NCBI GenBank assembly: GCA_016839605.1
Contig: JAEOTX010000234.1
Span: 1-16,081 of the forward strand
From: Candidatus Thorarchaeota archaeon
GTDB lineage: Archaea; Asgardarchaeota; Thorarchaeia; Thorarchaeales; Thorarchaeaceae
Direction: 5' to 3'
DNA length: 16,081 bases
Positions within the stretch are counted from its first letter, which is position 1. Each line of letters begins with the position of its first letter. Below the pieces are notes generated by a model. That model was given only the letters and a program-made list of their open reading frames with translations. It did no database searches and was not told the origin of the DNA. Shown in pieces: positions 14,729-16,081 of the stretch. Both the position numbers and the translations under genes were made by a program.

Positions 14729-16081
14729 TCACATTATCACCAGGTAGTATGATCCTGGCTGTAGAGTCAGTGAATAGTCACTGCCAGCAATGGTCAGGTC
14801 TCTTGGTGTACCATCTCCATATACTGTGGGAGTTGAGTCAAAGTTGCTGAATGTCAGAGTGGCAGCTTGGTCCACCTTGATGTTCAGAACAAAGCCCTCC
14901 TTCACGGGATCCCACTCAGCCTGATACACCCAGATGTTCTCATCGTCAGCCTCGTTTATGTATGGGTAGTCCCAGAATGCTGCTGGCCGTGGTACAACTA
15001 GGTCATTCAGCGTAACTGGATTGGTTCCCCATATCCATCCGTATGCTATGCTAGTCTGAAGGAATGGTTCCAGACTTGATGTGTCCCAGTGCATCTCCCG
15101 ACCATCTGCAGACCACACCTTGTTGTACAGACCGGAGAGGAAATTCAGAATCCTCTGTACTGTGTTGAAGTCACCCTCTTGTTTGGAGAGAGCAAGCGTG
15201 AACAAGCAGGCCAGAAACTCGAATGTGCCAAAGTTGCTGGTAGAGTACATCGAGTCAACGAAGTACATCTGGTCTCCAGATAGCTCTTTGCCGTACTGCT
15301 CAATGAACACTGAGTAGTCCTCATCGGTCACTTCTGGTTGAAGGAAGTCCATGAACTCCAGAGACCATGCAACCCCATAGCCTCGAGACCTCAGATTCCC
15401 CTCTGTGCTGAATGGTGAGAGACGGTTACCAGGGAACTCCTGTTGAGGCCCCTCCGTTGGTTGTTGAAAACCAAAGGGCTCCTGCACAAAGTAGCCATCA
15501 ACATAGAGGTCATACTGATCCTGCATGATGGTATTTGCAAAATTGAGTCCATAGTCCCAAATCGGCATGTAGTTAGTAGAATACATATTATCATAGAGTC
15601 CTGTTGCATACACTGGGATGCTGTTACACTGGACCCAGACTTCGTAGGGTTCACAGGGTATGAGACCGCATTCCCAGATGCCTCCCTCTTGAGGATTACC
15701 AAAGCCATCTGTAGTCAGAGAGTTGTTCCAGTCTTCAACATAGTAGGTGATCTCATCAACGAACTCTCCAGTGTTGAAGTTCCGCTCATGGAAAAGCTCC
15801 ATCAAGGCATAGTGTCCAGTCCACATGATGTTGGCAGGGCCTCTCCACCCACCTGTATAGATATCGTCAGCATCGGGAGTGAATGTGTCAGGATAATAGT
15901 ACCCTGTCCAGTTCTGTGTAATCGAGGCGTATTCCCATTCGAAATACTCAATGGAGTCATTCCCCCAGTCAGCAACAGATGTATTGAACTTCCTGATCAG
16001 ATTATCAGAAATCTCTTCGTAATAGCTTGTTCGGTAACCAGGAGTTGTTTCATAGTACATAGCCAGAGAATATGCCATGAA
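14729..16081 (-). CDS. Linalool dehydratase/isomerase-like protein (5' end outside the window)
   Basis: FMAYSLA, ANIMWTGHYALM (NIMWTGH at 15812-15832) and IPCEPYEVWVQCNS (CEP...QC at 15626-15655) parallel the Castellaniella defragrans Ldi motifs NIMYKGHLNLM and VCEPDNYFVQCNS, as recalled. The frame stays open to the window edge (TTC precedes ATG 16078). Confidence 0.75.
   Translation of the reverse strand, partial: FMAYSLAMYYETTPGYRTSYYEEISDNLIRKFNTSVADWGNDSIEYFEWEYASITQNWTGYYYPDTFTPDADDIYTGGWRGPANIMWTGHYALMELFHERNFNTGEFVDEITYYVEDWNNSLTTDGFGNPQEGGIWECGLIPCEPYEVWVQCNSIPVYATGLYDNMYSTNYMPIWDYGLNFANTIMQDQYDLYVDGYFVQEPFGFQQPTEGPQQEFPGNRLSPFSTEGNLRSRGYGVAWSLEFMDFLQPEVTDEDYSVFIEQYGKELSGDQMYFVDSMYSTSNFGTFEFLACLFTLALSKQEGDFNTVQRILNFLSGLYNKVWSADGREMHWDTSSLEPFLQTSIAYGWIWGTNPVTLNDLVVPRPAAFWDYPYINEADDENIWVYQAEWDPVKEGFVLNIKVDQAATLTFSNFDSTPTVYGDGTPRDLTIAGSDYSLTLQPGSYYLVIM

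Noticed and set aside
45-15708. Short antisense or alternate-frame ORFs in the track (e.g. 565-954, 3636-3926, 5867-6193, 6905-7264, 7349-7570, 12004-12351, 15391-15708)
   Set aside because: Nearly all shadow well-supported genes, and none shows a recognisable motif or a credible RBS.
1-16081. CRISPR array, tRNA/rRNA, transposase or integrase, CBASS-type defence operon
   Set aside because: No spaced repeats of CRISPR size, cloverleafs or mobile-element genes were seen. The NTases lack adjacent effector, HEPN or Cap genes.

Overview
Gene-dense archaeal chromosomal segment. Diagnostic archaeal genes are a proteasome beta subunit, Taw1/TYW1, Trm5, a CTP-dependent riboflavin kinase, DUF371 and isopentenyl phosphate kinase. 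The gene mix looks Asgard (Thorarchaeia)-like, but that is an impression and not verified. The left half is housekeeping: a partial NOG1 GTPase (missing from the ORF track), then a + strand run of a proteasome beta subunit lacking Thr1, a B12-binding radical SAM protein, taw1, a translin/TRAX protein and an HTH-ribK fusion, followed by pcm, DUF371 and trm5. Two candidate undescribed systems stand out. (1) A ~240-nt non-coding stretch (7365-7605), densely base-paired by manual inspection, lies behind a TATA box flanked by TTGGACA repeats. It directly precedes a Pol-beta-fold (COG1665-like) nucleotidyltransferase with intact catalytic carboxylates, which overlaps tail-to-tail with a paralog that has lost them. 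A GT4 glycosyltransferase is divergent from that paralog. (2) A minus-strand terpenoid-alcohol cluster: a linalool dehydratase/isomerase-like protein, an ECF S-component, a phytol/farnesol-kinase-like membrane kinase and isopentenyl phosphate kinase, interrupted by a peroxiredoxin/PerR pair with two Fur/Per-box-like operators. No rRNA, tRNA, CRISPR array or mobile element was seen. All family calls come from motif recognition by eye, without database searches.
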